NCBI GenBank assembly: GCA_964016885.1
Contig: OZ024747.1
Span: 84,940,001-85,004,000, forward strand
DNA: 64,000 bases
Source of the DNA: Eledone cirrhosa
Taxonomy: Eukaryota
Direction: 5' to 3'
Of the stretch, positions 1 to 14,054 are shown in pieces; within the stretch, counting starts at the first letter, position 1; each line of letters opens with the position of its first letter. Made by a program: the position numbers and the translations under genes. Below the pieces are notes generated by a model, which saw only the letters and a program-made list of their open reading frames with translations, was not told where the DNA came from and did not search any database.

Positions 1-972
1 CTGTCTGTATGTGTACATGAGCGATGCGGGTCTAACAATTGGTGAAGACGCACGCAAATATTTATTTATTTATACATATGTATGTGTATATATATATATG
101 TATATCTATGTGTGTGGGTGAGTTATGTCTGTGCATGCTTACCCACGCAGTTTTGATTGCAGATATGCATAATTTTAACAGAATGTTAAATACATGAATG
201 GTAATCGTATATATGAAGGCATGAATGTTAATCGTATATATTTATGTATATATACTGTGAACTTTTTATAACACAAGGAATGTATAGCAGTGATTAAGAG
301 AAATCATTTGCGTTTTGTATGTCTATATTGTAAACCTGAGTAGATATAATTTCCATTTTCAGGACGTGTGTATATATATATATATATTTGTCTATCTTTG
401 CCGTGAGATAGTGGTTTCTCAAATTTTAGTATATTGATCTCAAGTTTTAAACTAAACATATAATCATTATTAAACAATGTTTAATTTTTCATATTATATA
501 TTTATGTCCCATTCATGAATATTAATATTTATACTTTTATTATTCATTTCATATAAATTGTTAACTCAACTTAATATGACATAACGTAAAGTTTTCATTA
601 TCTCCCCCTCTCTATATATATTATTTCTCTCTCTTGAGTTTTTCTATCTGTTTGATGACTTGATATCTCTCTGTTGCTTTCCTCTGTTTTTCTTATTTCT
701 TCCTTTTTTCTTTTTTCTTTCTTTCCTCCTGTCTTTATTTATCTCTCTCTTTTTTCTCCATGCATTTCTCTCTCTCCGATATTTCTCCACGTTTTTTCTT
801 TTTCTTTTTTCTCTCTCTCCGTCTTTTTTCTTTCTCTCCGTCTTTTTCTAATTGTCCTTAACACTAAGACTTATTAAAATAATATAAACAATTCACTATC
901 CAGATGGCTTCCAAAAATAATGGTTGCATTTTAAACGGGTACGTCAAAGCTTATTTGTAAAACTGTTATATA

Positions 973-1040
973 TTGTATTTTGTCTGATGAAGGCATACCA
1001 TAATTTAATTTGGTATCCCTGAAATATGTATAATGAAATA
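973..1040 (+). ncRNA. Minimal type I hammerhead ribozyme motif (family H1)
   Basis: TATTTTGT-CTGATGA(984-990)-AGG.ATACCA[loop]TGGTAT.CCT-GAAA(1021)-TATGTA-TA-ATGAAATA. Stem I pairs with two G.U wobbles. AATAAA and then (TA)n follow. Confidence 0.8.
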
Positions 1041-1256
1041 AATATGGTTTTATAAATATAGTTTCCATTTATTAATATCGTGTATATATATATATACATA
1101 TATATATACATATGTATTTATATATATATATATTATATATATATTGTATATATATATATGCGCAAAGAGAGAAAGTAAGAAAGAGAGGCTGTGAGGGAGA
1201 GAGAGGGGAGAAGAGGGAAGGATGAGAAGGAAAAGGAGATAGAGGGTGAGGGGGAA

Positions 1257-1305
<49 letters not shown>

Positions 1306-2407
1306 TTGGTCATTATTACCTAATTTATTGGTGTGTTACTGTCACAATTAATTCTGGACCGTCAGCCGACACACCTCTACACCACCACTCCCCCACAAAT
1401 ACAACCATAGACACACAACTAGAGTGGGAGGGTTTCGCGACTTTGGTTTTAGGTTTGGTATGTAAAAAGACGAGTGCACACACACATACATATATACACA
1501 GACACACACACACACACAGACAGACATACACATACACAGACACGTACACACAGAGACAGACACACACACAGAGACACCCCCCACACACAGGCACACACAC
1601 TCACACACCCCCACACACACTGACAGACAGACATACAGACAGACACACACAGACACACACACATACATACACACCCTCACACCCACACACATACACACAC
1701 ACATACACACACACACATACACATAAACAAGGTGGGCTAGTTAGTTAAACCATTTTTTTTACGATCGTTTCCGAGTGCAAAAGTCTTCTTCTTCTTCTTC
1801 TTCTTCTTCTTCTTCTTCTTCTTCTTCTTCTTCTTCTTCTTCTTCTTCTTCTTCTTCTTCTTCTTCTTCTAGTTATTGCTCAGATTGAAATATTAATACT
1901 GGAGATTGTAATATATAGACACATATCTATATATTGATGCTAGGAATTGCACGGGTGTTGTCACTACTTCTATTTGTTTTTCTTGTTGAAACACGTGTAA
2001 AACAAATAAAATGCCTTAAAAACTTTCATCTTGGTTGTATACCCATTATTATTTATCTGCTTTGTGTATCTGCATTCATACAACATTTCAGATATTTTAT
2101 CCCAGTTTAATTCCATCATCAATAATTAATATAATCTAATTTCATCATCATCACCGTTTTACGTCCATTCTTCCACGCTAGCATGGGTTAGACGGGTTGT
2201 CGTGTTGTAGGCAAATGCCAGGTCGGATGACCATGTCTTGCTCATACGGGAACTGATTAGGGCTTGATTTCTACGGATGGATGCCCTTCTTAACACCAAC
2301 CTCAATTACAGTGAGTACTGGATGCTTTTTTTTATCGTGGCGCCTACACAACCATTTACAGTGGGAGGGGTGGAGGCACATTGTCTATATGCTTCAGCTT
2401 CGGCTTG

Positions 2408-2470
<63 letters not shown>

Positions 2471-2784
2471 AGCAGACGGTCCCTGCTATCAATATAACAC
2501 CATATTTGCAGGCTGTCCTCGAATCAAATTTTCTATTTTCTATCTTCAATTTCTCTCTCTTCCTATCTTTAATTCTATCTTTGGGTTCAACGTAATCCTG
2601 CTTATCACATAATTCTGCAGATGACACCTGATGCGATCGCCTTGTCTTTCATCATTATCGTATGATGGAGCTGGGCTATCGGAATATGTATAGTGATTTC
2701 GCAGAATTAAAATTCTTAAGTAAATTAACCAGTCCAACTTTCTGTTGTTGTTTTAATGTATGTATATATATATATATGTATGTA

Positions 2785-2872
<88 letters not shown>

Positions 2873-3184
2873 AGCAAAAGGGATATCCATGAAAAACTTG
2901 AACCGTTAAGTTCTTCTTCCTAGTTATGTCAATATTTATTTAATATCATTGTATATATATATATATAAAGATTCAGCGACAATCGCATTTTCGGCGGGCA
3001 GGAAAAGCGAAGCGAAACGCAAAAATTAGAAATGATACTGGCAAAGTGCTCAATAGTTAAAAACCAGAGCTAAACAATGTGTTCAGAAGCCATACAAAAG
3101 TGAAAAGGGGGTCAAGAAAGCATTAACCACCCAAGCCAAAAACTAAATCAAGCCAAACAGGGCAAAACAAAATAAATGATAAAA

Positions 3185-3247
<63 letters not shown>

Positions 3248-3287
3248 AAAAACGAAAAATCAGTGATGCATCTGAACCCAGTTTATT

Positions 3288-3380
3288 GCGTGTTACAATT
3301 GTTTCGCCGGCAGGTAGCTCGAGACATGATCACTGCATGGATCTGGCTGATTCTACGGCTGCAGGTTCCTTCGGACACGG
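3288..3380 (-). ncRNA. Degenerate hammerhead motif (core CCGAAGG)
   Basis: Minus strand reads CGTGT-CCGAAGG...GAAA-CAATTG-TA-ACACG-C-AATAAA. Stem I is perfect and stem III is palindromic, but the core is mutated and stem II is unclear. Lies between (TA)n tracts. Confidence 0.55.
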
Positions 3381-3443
3381 GTAGTTCGTTCGGAGCAAAT
3401 TTTCTCACCATATATATATACTATATATATATACTATAAATAT

Positions 3444-3509
<66 letters not shown>

Positions 3510-3532
3510 TAATATATACTAATTCATCGTCG

Positions 3533-3570
<38 letters not shown>

Positions 3571-3596
3571 AGGATAAAAAGGACGATTGATTATTC

Positions 3597-3780
3597 CTTC
3601 ATTCAGACAAAAAAGTCATAGCAACCCTACCCGGGGGGGGGGGGGGGGGGCTATTTTACTAACACCATCCCATATATTCCCATTTCGTTTTAGTCAGTCA
3701 TAAAAGATGACAGATATGTATGTATGGTAGGTATGTATGTAGTATATATGTATGTACGTATGTATGTAGTATATATGTAT

Positions 3781-3870
<90 letters not shown>

Positions 3871-4522
3871 TATATATAATACATACGTACATACATATAT
3901 ACTACATACATATCTACCATACATAGACATCTGTCATCTTTTATGACTGACTTTTATGTACCTCTCTCGTCAACGATTTCACAGAACTTATGTTTACCGA
4001 ATTCGCAGACCAGACCCCTTCTTCCTCCCGTTAGACCTGTGCGAAATTCCTTCCTTGCTCACATTCCAACCAGGTTTGATGGTCTTTATTCTCTCGTTCA
4101 CGATTTCACCGAACTTAAATTCATAGAAATCTGGGATTTGTCTCTTTCTTCCTCACTTTCTGTTGCTTCACCATTTTGTTTGTTTACCCTCGCGTCCCCT
4201 TTATTTACGTGTCCCAACGACTTTTTTTAGCCGTTGCTCGCACCAACCGGAGGTATATGGTCTTTAAAGCGATGAAATGCCTATGATGGTTGGAAGATCA
4301 CTGATGAAGGACAAACTTTTTTCATATATATATACATATACATATATACTACATACATACGTACATACATATATACTACATACATACCTACCATACATAC
4401 ATATCTGTCATCTTTTATGAGTGACTAAAACGAAATGGGAATATATGGGATGGTGTTAGTAAAATAGCCCCCCACCCCCATCCCCCCGGGTAGGGTTGCT
4501 ATGACTTTTTGTCTGAATGAAG
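3597..4522. repeat. ~190-bp inverted repeat pair (3597-3785 / 4335-4522) with a partial third copy at ~3880-3952
   Basis: CTTCATTCAGACAAAAAAGTCATAGCAACCCTACC...GATGACAGATATGTATG is mirrored by CATACATATCTGTCATC...GGGTAGGGTTGCTATGACTTTTTGTCTGAATGAAG. Confidence 0.85.
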
Positions 4523-4727
4523 TGCTTCCAGATCGCCTCTGACTGACAAGACGACTGTCTTACGTGAGTGAAGGGCTTCACCCATCCTTAACCCCGCCAC
4601 TACCTCCACCATCACCACTATCCCACACTACCGACAACAATAGCAAAAAATACTACTACTACTGCTACTACTACTGCTACTACTACTGCTGCTGCCGCCG
4701 CCGCCGCCGCCTCTGCTGCTGCTGCTG

Positions 4728-4769
<42 letters not shown>

Positions 4770-4780
4770 ATAATAATAAT

Positions 4781-4902
4781 AATAATTGTTTCTATTTTTG
4801 GCACAAGGCCAGCAATTATCCCAGTGCATTACTGGTACTTTATTTTATCGACCCCGTAAGGATGAAAGGCAAAGTTAACCTTGACGGGATTTGAACTCAG
4901 AA
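4781..4902 (-). mobile_element. tRNA-derived SINE family A (Meta-like core), 5'-truncated
   Basis: Reverse complement of TGAGTTCAAATCCCG..GTTAACTTTGCCTTTCATCCTTACGGGGTCGATAAAATAAAGTACCAG..AGAAACAATTATT, a sequence repeated many times in this window. Confidence 0.85.
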
Positions 4903-4964
4903 TGGCAAGGGCCAATAATAATAACAGCCACTTCATCACTACCACCACCACCACCACCACCACC

Positions 4965-4998
<34 letters not shown>

Positions 4999-5579
4999 TC
5001 AACGCGCCACCTTTACATCACCACACACCACTTAATCTTTCTTTATTCCACATCTTCCCTTCTCTCGTTCTCTTCCACGTCTTTCCCTAATCTTTCCCTC
5101 ACCTCAATTTCTAGCTTTATCTTCTGTTTCAGAAGGTAAAGTCACACAGTGCAATAAAACCTTGACTCCGGAGTCCCCCCCCCCCCTCCTCCTCCTCCAC
5201 CTCCTCCTCCTCCTCCTCTGTGGTAACTAGGCAGTTAAGGTGTATTCAAGATTTACGACATTTAGGGAGCAGAATAACTAAAGCTGCACCCTCAATTACT
5301 CATTTTTACCCTGCCTGTTTGGAATGCTACGGTATTTTGCTGTTGCTGGGCTGAATCTCATCGCCCCCTCTTTATGTATTGTACGTTCTTCTGGTTTTAT
5401 TATTTTGTAAATGTTTACCAATATGGAGTCGGTTTCTAACATAGAAACAAGACCTTTTCATTGGAATGTAGACATCAACTAGGTAAATACGTATGTATAT
5501 CTGTGTGCTTGTGTGTACATGTGTGCAGGTATGTGTGGATCATGCATATGTTTCTGTATCTGTATATGTGTATATGCAG

Positions 5580-6520
5580 TTATTTGATACTCAATTTCTG
5601 AAATGTTTTACATATTTTTACAGTTCCTTTAATAGACTGTACTTGTAACTTCCTAAGTAACCGTGTTCTTTCTGGTTCTGTGAAACCCAACTTCTCAAGA
5701 TTTGTACTGAGGCAGTTACCAACATAACCCAGAGCCCCAATGATCACAGGTACAAATCTAAAGGTATAGTCAGAGAGGAGTATCTACAGATTCCTCATTA
5801 ATTCAGCAGAAATGTTCTCCTTTTCACAAATCTTTAGCATTATATTGACATATACTTGGGCGGTGGATTGGTAGTATCGGTAGAGAGTCGGACACTATGC
5901 TTTGCAGCATAGAGTTACGGTCCTTTACGATCTGAGTTCAAATCCCGCCCAGGTTAACTTTGCCTTTCATCCTTACGGGGTCGATAAAATAAAGTACCAG
6001 TCACGCACTGGGCCGATTTAATCGACTTTCCCCTCCCTCCAAAATTGATGGCCTTGTGCCTATACTAGAAACCATTAGACGTCTACTAGGGCAGTGGATT
6101 GGCAGTATCGGTAGAGCATCGGACAACATGCTTTATGGCATAGAGTTACGGCCCTTTATGATCTGAGTTCAAATCCTGCCGAGGTTAACTTTGCCTTTCA
6201 TCCTTACGGGGTAGATAAAATAAAGTACCAGTAATGTACTGAGGTCGGTTTAATCTACTTTCCCCTTCCCCCAAATTATTGGCCTTCTGCCTAAATCTGA
6301 AACCATTATTAATGACATCTACTGAGCAGTTGATTTCCCCGACTGTGTATGTCTTCTCTGTCCCATTTTATTGGGGTTTTGACTGGAACATCCCACCGTA
6401 ACTCTTTCATATTATGTATATATATGCCTTCTACATCGCTTATTAAATTTTTATTCTCAGGACTATCTTTTCTACGGATTGTACTGCATATTACTTTGGC
6501 CACTACATCATGCCTCACAG
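5580..6520 (-). pseudogene. C-terminal restriction-like endonuclease region of an R2/NeSL/R4-group non-LTR element, split by two SINEs
   Basis: Minus strand translates as ...KELRWDVPVKTPIKWDRE.. / TVGEINCSVDV [SINEs] VNIMLKICEKEN..FRFVPVIIGALGYVG..KLQVQSIKGTVKICKTF. PVIIGALG is typical of RLE C-termini. Confidence 0.7.
5858..6312 (+). mobile_element. Two tandem full-length family A SINEs (5858-6077, 6088-6312)
   Basis: Each has a GGGCRGTGGATTGG(T/C)AGTATCGGTAGAG A-box-like head, a GAGTTCAAATCC B-box, the GCCTTTCATCCTTACGGGG core and an AAACCATTA end. Confidence 0.9.
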
Positions 6521-7644
6521 GTTAATTTCATGAGTAGGATGTTTCGTTGATCGAACAGCTGGAACAGTCACCGTCAAAAACGACGGAAGTCCATTCTTTC
6601 TGTCTTCCCCTTTCCTACTCAATTGGCAGAGAGGTTTAAACGTCGGATGGCAGTTCTTCACCATATTTCTTCATACTCTCTATTCTCTTCGTCAAAATCT
6701 TGTCGCAGTCAACTTTCTTTTATATCCTTTCCAGGACGATAAATAAAGTACCAGTCGAATACTAGGGTCCATTCTTCCTCTGTGTCTCTATATCATCTCC
6801 ACTTTCACTCCCACTCACTTGTTCCCTTTCTCTCTCTCTCTCACTCACTTACTCTCTCTCTCTCACTCTCTCTCACTCGCTCTCTCTCTCTCTCTCGCTC
6901 CCTCTATCTCTTTTACTCTCCCTTTCTCTGTCTCTCTGTCTCTCTCTATCCTTCTCTCTCTCTCTTTTACTCTCCCTTTCTCCCTTTCTCTCTCTCTCTC
7001 TCTCTCGCTCTCTTTTACTCTCCCTTTCTTTTTCTCTCTGTCTCTCTCTCTCTTTTACTCTCCCTTTCTCTCTCTCTCTGGAAATATTGGCTGTATTCAG
7101 ATCTAGATAGGGATGGGCTCCACCAGGTATAAATAACCCCAACGACACCCCAATGACTCAACCAGTACTTCAGAACCCACACACCCCAGTTTAGTACTGG
7201 ATGTCCGTTTAATCGACCATACTCTTCACCTTTCTCCAACAAGCGTATGGTCTTCTACTAATATTTATAAATCAATATTTAATAAAATTCTGATTCCCCA
7301 ATTACTACCATTATTGTGAAGACTATCAAACTGATGTTCAGTTTCTACTACAGTTCAATAATAAACTGATAATTTATATTTTATTTTGAACTGTTTTTCA
7401 TAAAGTTTTATTTGAGATTAAATCTAACATACATACATACATACATACATACATACATACATACATACATACATACATACTTACATATATACACACACAT
7501 ATATATATATATATACATACATACATACATATATACATATATACATATATACATACTTACATACATACATACATACATATATACATACATATATACATAT
7601 ATACATACTTACATACATACATATATAAATACATATATACATAT

Positions 7645-7675
<31 letters not shown>

Positions 7676-7720
7676 CATACATGCACACATACATACATAC
7701 ATATATACATATATACATAC

Positions 7721-7771
<51 letters not shown>

Positions 7772-7849
7772 CATACATGCATACATACATACATACATAT
7801 ATACATACATGCACACATACATACATACATACATACATACATACATACA

Positions 7850-7880
<31 letters not shown>

Positions 7881-8077
7881 CATGCACACATACATACATA
7901 CATGCATACATACATACATACATACGTGCATATATACATACATATATCCATACATACATATATAAACACATAGATATATATATACATACTTATATACATA
8001 CACACACACATTCTCTCACACACATGCACACATACATGCTAGCGTGGAAAGAGGACGTTAAACGATGATGATGATGA

Positions 8078-8132
<55 letters not shown>

Positions 8133-8208
8133 CATATGTATTTAGATATGATATATATATGATAAGATATGATATATATCTATATATATATACTTATATA
8201 TATAAATA

Positions 8209-8343
<135 letters not shown>

Positions 8344-8902
8344 CATATATAAATATATATATATGTATATATGGTATGATATATATATATATATGATATG
8401 ATATGATATGATGTGATATATATATATATATATATACACATATATACACTATAATTGATTATCCTATTTGGGGAAATTAATTATCTGATGTGCATATTTT
8501 AATTTTAACAATGAATATCGATATTAAATAAAAAAGATAAAATAATAAATGAATAAATAAATAAATAAATAAATAAATAAAAAAATAAAAAAATAAAAAA
8601 ATAAAAAAATAAAAAAATAAAAAAATAAAAAAATAAACAGCCTGAAGCGGCTTTTAACATGAAATTTTATCCAATACTATTAAGAAAGAAGCACTTTCAA
8701 GCCTCAGAATATTACCTACCTTTATTCTGTTATTCTAATGGTTTCACTCATTAGACATGGCCTTGCTGGGGCTCCACTTTAAAATGATTTTATATCGATC
8801 ATATCGATCCCAATATATTTTTTTTTCAAGTTTTTTTTCGATCTGTTCATTTATGGAACAGACACAAACACTAAACGTAAACTTATTCAAGAATATTCAC
8901 AC

Positions 8903-8992
<90 letters not shown>

Positions 8993-8995
<3 letters not shown>

Positions 8996-9095
8996 AAAAG
9001 ATTCAGGACCCCGACGGCTGAGCTCTACCCTAAGTATCGAGTACTCTGGTGCGTTATGGTCCACCTGGTTTCTTGCCACACTTTCTTTGTTATAC
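8993..9095. mobile_element. Short (TA)n-flanked dispersed repeat (also ~33050-33145, 37770-37892, 59250-59340)
   Basis: Shared CTACCCTAAGTATCGAGTACTCTGGTGCGTTATGGTCCACCTGGTTTCTT sequence, always next to (TA)n. Confidence 0.7.
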
Positions 9096-9244
9096 ATATA
9101 TGTATCTTTGTATATATATATTCCGAGGAATTACTAATTAAATCTCTTTTCCTACTATATCAAGCGTTAAACTAATATATATCATCATGGTATTATTCTC
9201 TATTTTTCCTTGATGACTTTTCTCATATATGTCTAAATATACAT

Positions 9245-9375
9245 GACGGGCTTCCGCATCGTTTCCACCTACCAAATTTCACCCCAAAAGCATTGGACGA
9301 CCCAAAGTTATGGTAGAAGTAGCTGAACTCGAAAATACCTGGTTGTAAAGTGAACTCCTAAACCACACAGCCAAC
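9245..9375 (-). mobile_element. tRNA-derived SINE family C, degenerate
   Basis: Similar to 46647-46810 (ACGG..CTACCAAATTTCAC..CCCAAAGTT..AACCACACAGCCA). Confidence 0.65.
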
Positions 9376-9431
9376 TACTATGATAAACTGTAAAATAGTC
9401 CTATTAAATCGATGACAATTTTAAACTTGTC

Positions 9432-9907
9432 TTAACCCTTTCAAAAACTGATTTTTAATTGAAAATGGTCTTTGTTCAAATTAAGCTGGTAATATGTATT
9501 TTTATGTACATTTTTTGAAAACAGGCACATGGGGTACTTTTACCCCAGTAGTAATATAAATTGGGACAACTTTATCCTAAGTAGTATCATATGATTAGCA
9601 ATAAACATAATGTAGATTGATAGACCGACAGGTAGATAGATAGATAGACACAGATAGATAAATAGACAAACAGATAGATAGATATAGACGTGTAGGTAAA
9701 TAAACAACGTTTGTATCAAAAGTATTATAAATTAGGACAACTGAATCCCAGTAGAATCGACGTTGCTCAATATGATTAGCAATAAAAAGAAAATAATATG
9801 AAAAATTTAACTTATTGTTAAATTATGACAAATATTGGAAAGAGAATTCAGTAGAACCTAATCTTTATTTGGGGATCTAAAAGTCCCTACAGTATTGAAA
9901 GGGTTAA
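9432..9907. mobile_element. piggyBac-like MITE
   Basis: TTAA|CCCTTTCAAAAACTG ... CAGTATTGAAAGGG|TTAA: CCC-starting TIRs with a TTAA target duplication and a non-coding interior. Confidence 0.7.
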
Positions 9908-9919
9908 ATATTTTTTCCT

Positions 9920-10345
9920 CTTTCTTCTTCTTCGTCCACTTATTCCTGACGGGGTCGTGGGGACAGAGTCCACAAACATTCCTTCCAGCGGGTCCTGTCA
10001 GAAGCAACTGTCTCCAACTGATGCAGCTGGATCCCCATGCTTGACCAGCCAAGATCCTGGATGTTATCCAACCATCTTGCTCGGGGTTTACCCCTGGGTC
10101 TCCTGCCGGTTGGTATTGCCTGTAAAATTTGTCCAGCAATTCTTTCCTGAGATATCTTAACCACATGTCCATAGTATTGGAGCTGTGATCTGTTAATTCG
10201 TAGAAGTAGCGGCTCTGCCTGGAGTGACTCTCTCATCTCCGAGCTACGCACTCTATCAGGTAACATTACTCGAAAGACCCTTCGGAGGAATTCTACTTCG
10301 GCCGCTTGTATTCACGATCATATTCTTTAGGTCATTAACCAAGAT
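9920..10345 (-). pseudogene. RTE-clade (Rex3/Expander-like) LINE 3' end
   Basis: ORF 9940-10266 reads DRVRSSEMRESLQAEPLLLRINRSQLQYYGHV...GRRPRGKPRARWLD..LSPRP, followed by a GAATAAGTGGACGAAGAAG tail. Confidence 0.85.
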
Positions 10346-10651
10346 TCTTATTATTTAAATCATACGATCATGACGAGAATCCTAAGTATATACAAATACA
10401 TTGTCGTCAACCGGTTTGATAGCGTGCATAAAATATCCTAGTGACAAACCAAGACTATTCTGAACAATGCTTAATTATATAGTATTATGTGATTCTCATA
10501 ATAAACATTTATATTCAGGTTTAAATATTGTCTTGCAGACACTCCTTGCTGATCATGCACAAAACAGGTTTGTTTAATTTATCATTTACCATTGAAGTTA
10601 TAGCTATCGGTCGTTACTGACCATTGGTTGGTTGGTTGGGTCAGGCGTTTC

Positions 10652-11125
10652 CTCTCTCCACGCCACATATGGTGTACAGCTTTGTTACATATTATGTTAC
10701 GCTGATTTGGCTTGGGAATTACGTTAAAGATACACGTGTCTGTGTTTCTCTCTCCACGCCACATATGGTGTACAACTTTGTTACATATTGTGTTACACTG
10801 ATTTGGCTTGGGAATTACGTTAAAGATACACGTGTCTGTGTTTCTCTCTCCACGCCACATATGGTGTACAACTTTGTTACATATTATGTTACACTGATTT
10901 GGCTTGGGAATTACGTTAAAGATACACGTGTCTGTGTTTCTCTCTCCACGCCACATATGGTGTACAACTTTGTTACATATTGTGTTACACTGATTTGGCT
11001 TGGGAATTACGTTAAAGATACGCGTGTCTGTGGAATACTCAACCACGTAAACGTTAATTAAGGAGTTGTGTGTTCAGTGGATCAAAGAACTAAATGTTCA
11101 TCGTGAAAACCGACCGAAGATCAAT
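10652..11125 (+). repeat. 96-bp minisatellite x4 running into the 3' part of a family B SINE
   Basis: Units start at 10652, 10748, 10844 and 10940. GAATTACGTTAAAGATACACGTGTCTGTGG..ACGTTAATT resembles the reverse complement of 11690-11770. Confidence 0.85.
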
Positions 11126-11649
11126 GATCATTGATGTATTTTGTTGAAGGTGTCTGGTTTAAAATAAGTACACCGTATCGCTGAATGTCGTACGAGGCGA
11201 TTAAAAGAGTCTGCACAAAGAAGGGTATCCTGTTGTAAAACGTTGCCTAGAACAGGACCCCATGATGTGTATGAAGCTAGTCGGGGTGAGGATGAGGGTC
11301 GTACCTCTAACCTCTTCTTTAGCAGAGAAGATGACCTTAAAACTATTCTATTAAAGTATGTCGAACTTCCGTCGGTTCCGACAACGAGTGTTCTAGTTGA
11401 TTCGGTAAACAGAACAGTCCCTCCTCCTGAAATTTACATGCAAGTGGCTGTGCATTCCACAGGCACATGTTCCCATATTATCGCCGACCCTTCTATTCCA
11501 TTGGGAGTTACGAGCCCTTACATGCTGTGTTTGATATAAAAAATTGTTTGTTTTATTTGTTTTTCTTTTGTTTTTCTTATATATGAATTATTTAAATGTC
11601 AATAATTCTACAACCACCACCAAACATAATTGCTTGAATGCAATTGTTA

Positions 11650-11948
11650 ATGGACCTCCGTCGGTCTCGACGACAATCGTGCCATTTTTTGTTATCAGTG
11701 GGATTATAATTAACGTGCATGTGCCTGAGCCTTTCACCGACATGTGTACTCTTAATGTTGTTCTCAGGGAGATTCTGTGTGGCACAGTGTGACGGGGCTG
11801 ACCCTTTGAATTACAGGTACAATTCATTTTTTGTTTTCAGATAAGTGGAGTGAAGTAACGTAAAATAACTGTCCTGCTCACCACCACAACACGCCGCTGG
11901 GAATCAAACACACTTCTTAACCTAACCACAAAGTCACGTGCCTTCACA
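11650..11948 (-). mobile_element. tRNA-derived SINE family B
   Basis: Minus strand has a GTGAAGGCACGTGACTTTGTGGTTAGG head, a GTTTGATTCCC B-box-like motif, a TGAGCAGGACAG CORE-like block and a CCGACGGAGG end. Relics at ~6520-6592 and ~47415-47560. Confidence 0.7.
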
Positions 11949-12048
11949 CTTGTATGCAATAAGGTTGTTCACACATTAACAAATTGTCGTTTACTTCCTA
12001 TCGTATTTGAAGCGTTAAGGATTCTAAACAATATTGGTTGTAGGAATA

Positions 12049-12205
12049 GGGCGAGGGATTGGCAGTATCGGTTGAGGGGCTGACACCATGCTTTGCAGCA
12101 TAGAGTTACGGCCCTTTATGATCTGAGTTCAAATCCTGCCGAGGTTAACTTTGCCTTTCATCATTACGGGGTTGATAAAATAAAGTACCAATCACGCACT
12201 GAGTC
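12049..12205 (+). mobile_element. Family A SINE, 3'-truncated
   Basis: GGGCGAGGGATTGGCAGTATCGG...TGAGTTCAAATCCTGCCGAGGTTAACTTTGCCTTTCATC...AAAGTACCA. Confidence 0.85.
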
Positions 12206-12269
12206 AATCCTAAAACCAATATTGACTGTGTATCCTGTTATGAGCCTTTTGCTGACCCCCCCCCCCCAA

Positions 12270-12516
12270 GTATATGGCGTGCCTTGGACATTTAAACCTG
12301 GAGGAGCCCATCCATCTCCAAGTCGGAACACTGTAGGTTTCTTCCAGAGAAGGAGAAGTAAGAAAGAAATATAGAGGAAAAATCGACCCCAGTACGAGAC
12401 TGCTACTTTTTTTTATCAACCTCGAAAAGATGAAAGGTAAAGTTGACCTCAGAGTGCAGAGACCCGGAACAAACGGCGCAAAGCGTTCTATCTGACGTTC
12501 TAAACACTCACCGCCT
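12270..12516 (-). mobile_element. Long-tailed variant of family A SINE (also 35195-35522 minus and 46987-47325 plus)
   Basis: The core is followed by CCTCTATAT..TTCTCTGGAAGAAA..TTTAAA at three loci. Confidence 0.65.
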
Positions 12517-13412
12517 ACATTGTAGAATTAGTAACATTGAAATAATTTATGTCAGAAAATAAAACCCCAAACAAAATAAAACAAGTAAATAATCTTTTAC
12601 ATCAAAAATAATCTCTCAACCCTCACAAAAAAACAAAAAACAAAAAAAACTAAACAACAACAACAACAAAAACAAACAAAAAACAAACAAACAAAAACAA
12701 ACAAGCAAAAAAAAAACAATACAGAATCTTCTTTTCTACATATTGATAAATAAGGAATAACAGGTTAAAACACGAGGATGCTTTATCTCGCAAACCAGCG
12801 CGACTTCTCATCCGTTTAACTCAGGAAACGTGAATCAACAATCGACAAATAAAGGAAATTCTTGAATGATTATATATATAGTTTCTTCTCCCCTCCTCCC
12901 TCTGCAGTAAGTGGTCTTAATCTGAATGAGAACTTCGATTGTCATGCTCTCTATAGTTTGTTGAAGTACCTTCCTCTAGTTCTATTTTATTTTTCATTCA
13001 TGTTCTATTCTATTTTCTTCTATTTTTATTTCCATGGCTAACATATGTGGTGTTCTCATCAAATTCCAGAGTTACTTGTAGTTGTAGTCCTTGAGCTAAG
13101 ATGAAAATAGACTAGCTGTTGATATCAATAACTGCTGTCCGATCGTGATTTTTTTTTATTTCTCGCTTAACTACCATGTACCAAAGTTTCTCTTCATTGA
13201 ATTCCAATTACATATACCGTGAGATCGTTATAGTCAGATATAGTTGTTTCTCGACACATGTATTATTAGAACAGAGGAAGCAACGTGGAGTGTTCAACTA
13301 AATAAATTACAATATTTCATTTCGTTTCTCTACATTTTGAATTCATATACTGCAGATGTTGGGTTTGCTATTTATCTTTTTATTCTTTACAATTTAATTT
13401 CTAGTACACACA

Positions 13413-13573
<161 letters not shown>

Positions 13574-13628
13574 ATATATATATATGTGTATGTGTATATA
13601 TATATATATGTATAAATATATATATATG

Positions 13629-13677
<49 letters not shown>

Positions 13678-13859
13678 CTATCTCTCTATCTCTCTATCTC
13701 TCTCTCTCTATATATATATACGCAAAACATATCTGAGGAACTTGCGAATGCAAAGTCAGGTTCGATCTGTAACAGATCCTGCCTTGAGCTGATCGTCGGA
13801 GAAACATTTGTAATATGTTAATAAATTGTGTTTTGATGCATTACTGATTCCTCGATATC

Positions 13860-14000
<141 letters not shown>

Positions 14001-14054
14001 CATATATATATATATATATATCTGTGTGTGTGAGTCTGTGTGTATGTATATATA

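Noticed and set aside
1755-2010. Half-hammerhead motifs GAAACGATCGTA (minus, ~1760) and GAAACACGTGTA followed by AATAAA (~1988)
   Set aside because: The CTGANGA core and stems are missing. They may be relics but cannot be supported as features.
4301-4320. CTGATGA core-like heptamer (also 58866-58872)
   Set aside because: No stem II/GAAA/stem III arrangement follows.
5858-6077. tRNA gene from A/B-box-like motifs
   Set aside because: There is no complete cloverleaf. The motifs are the head of a multi-copy SINE with a tail and TSDs.
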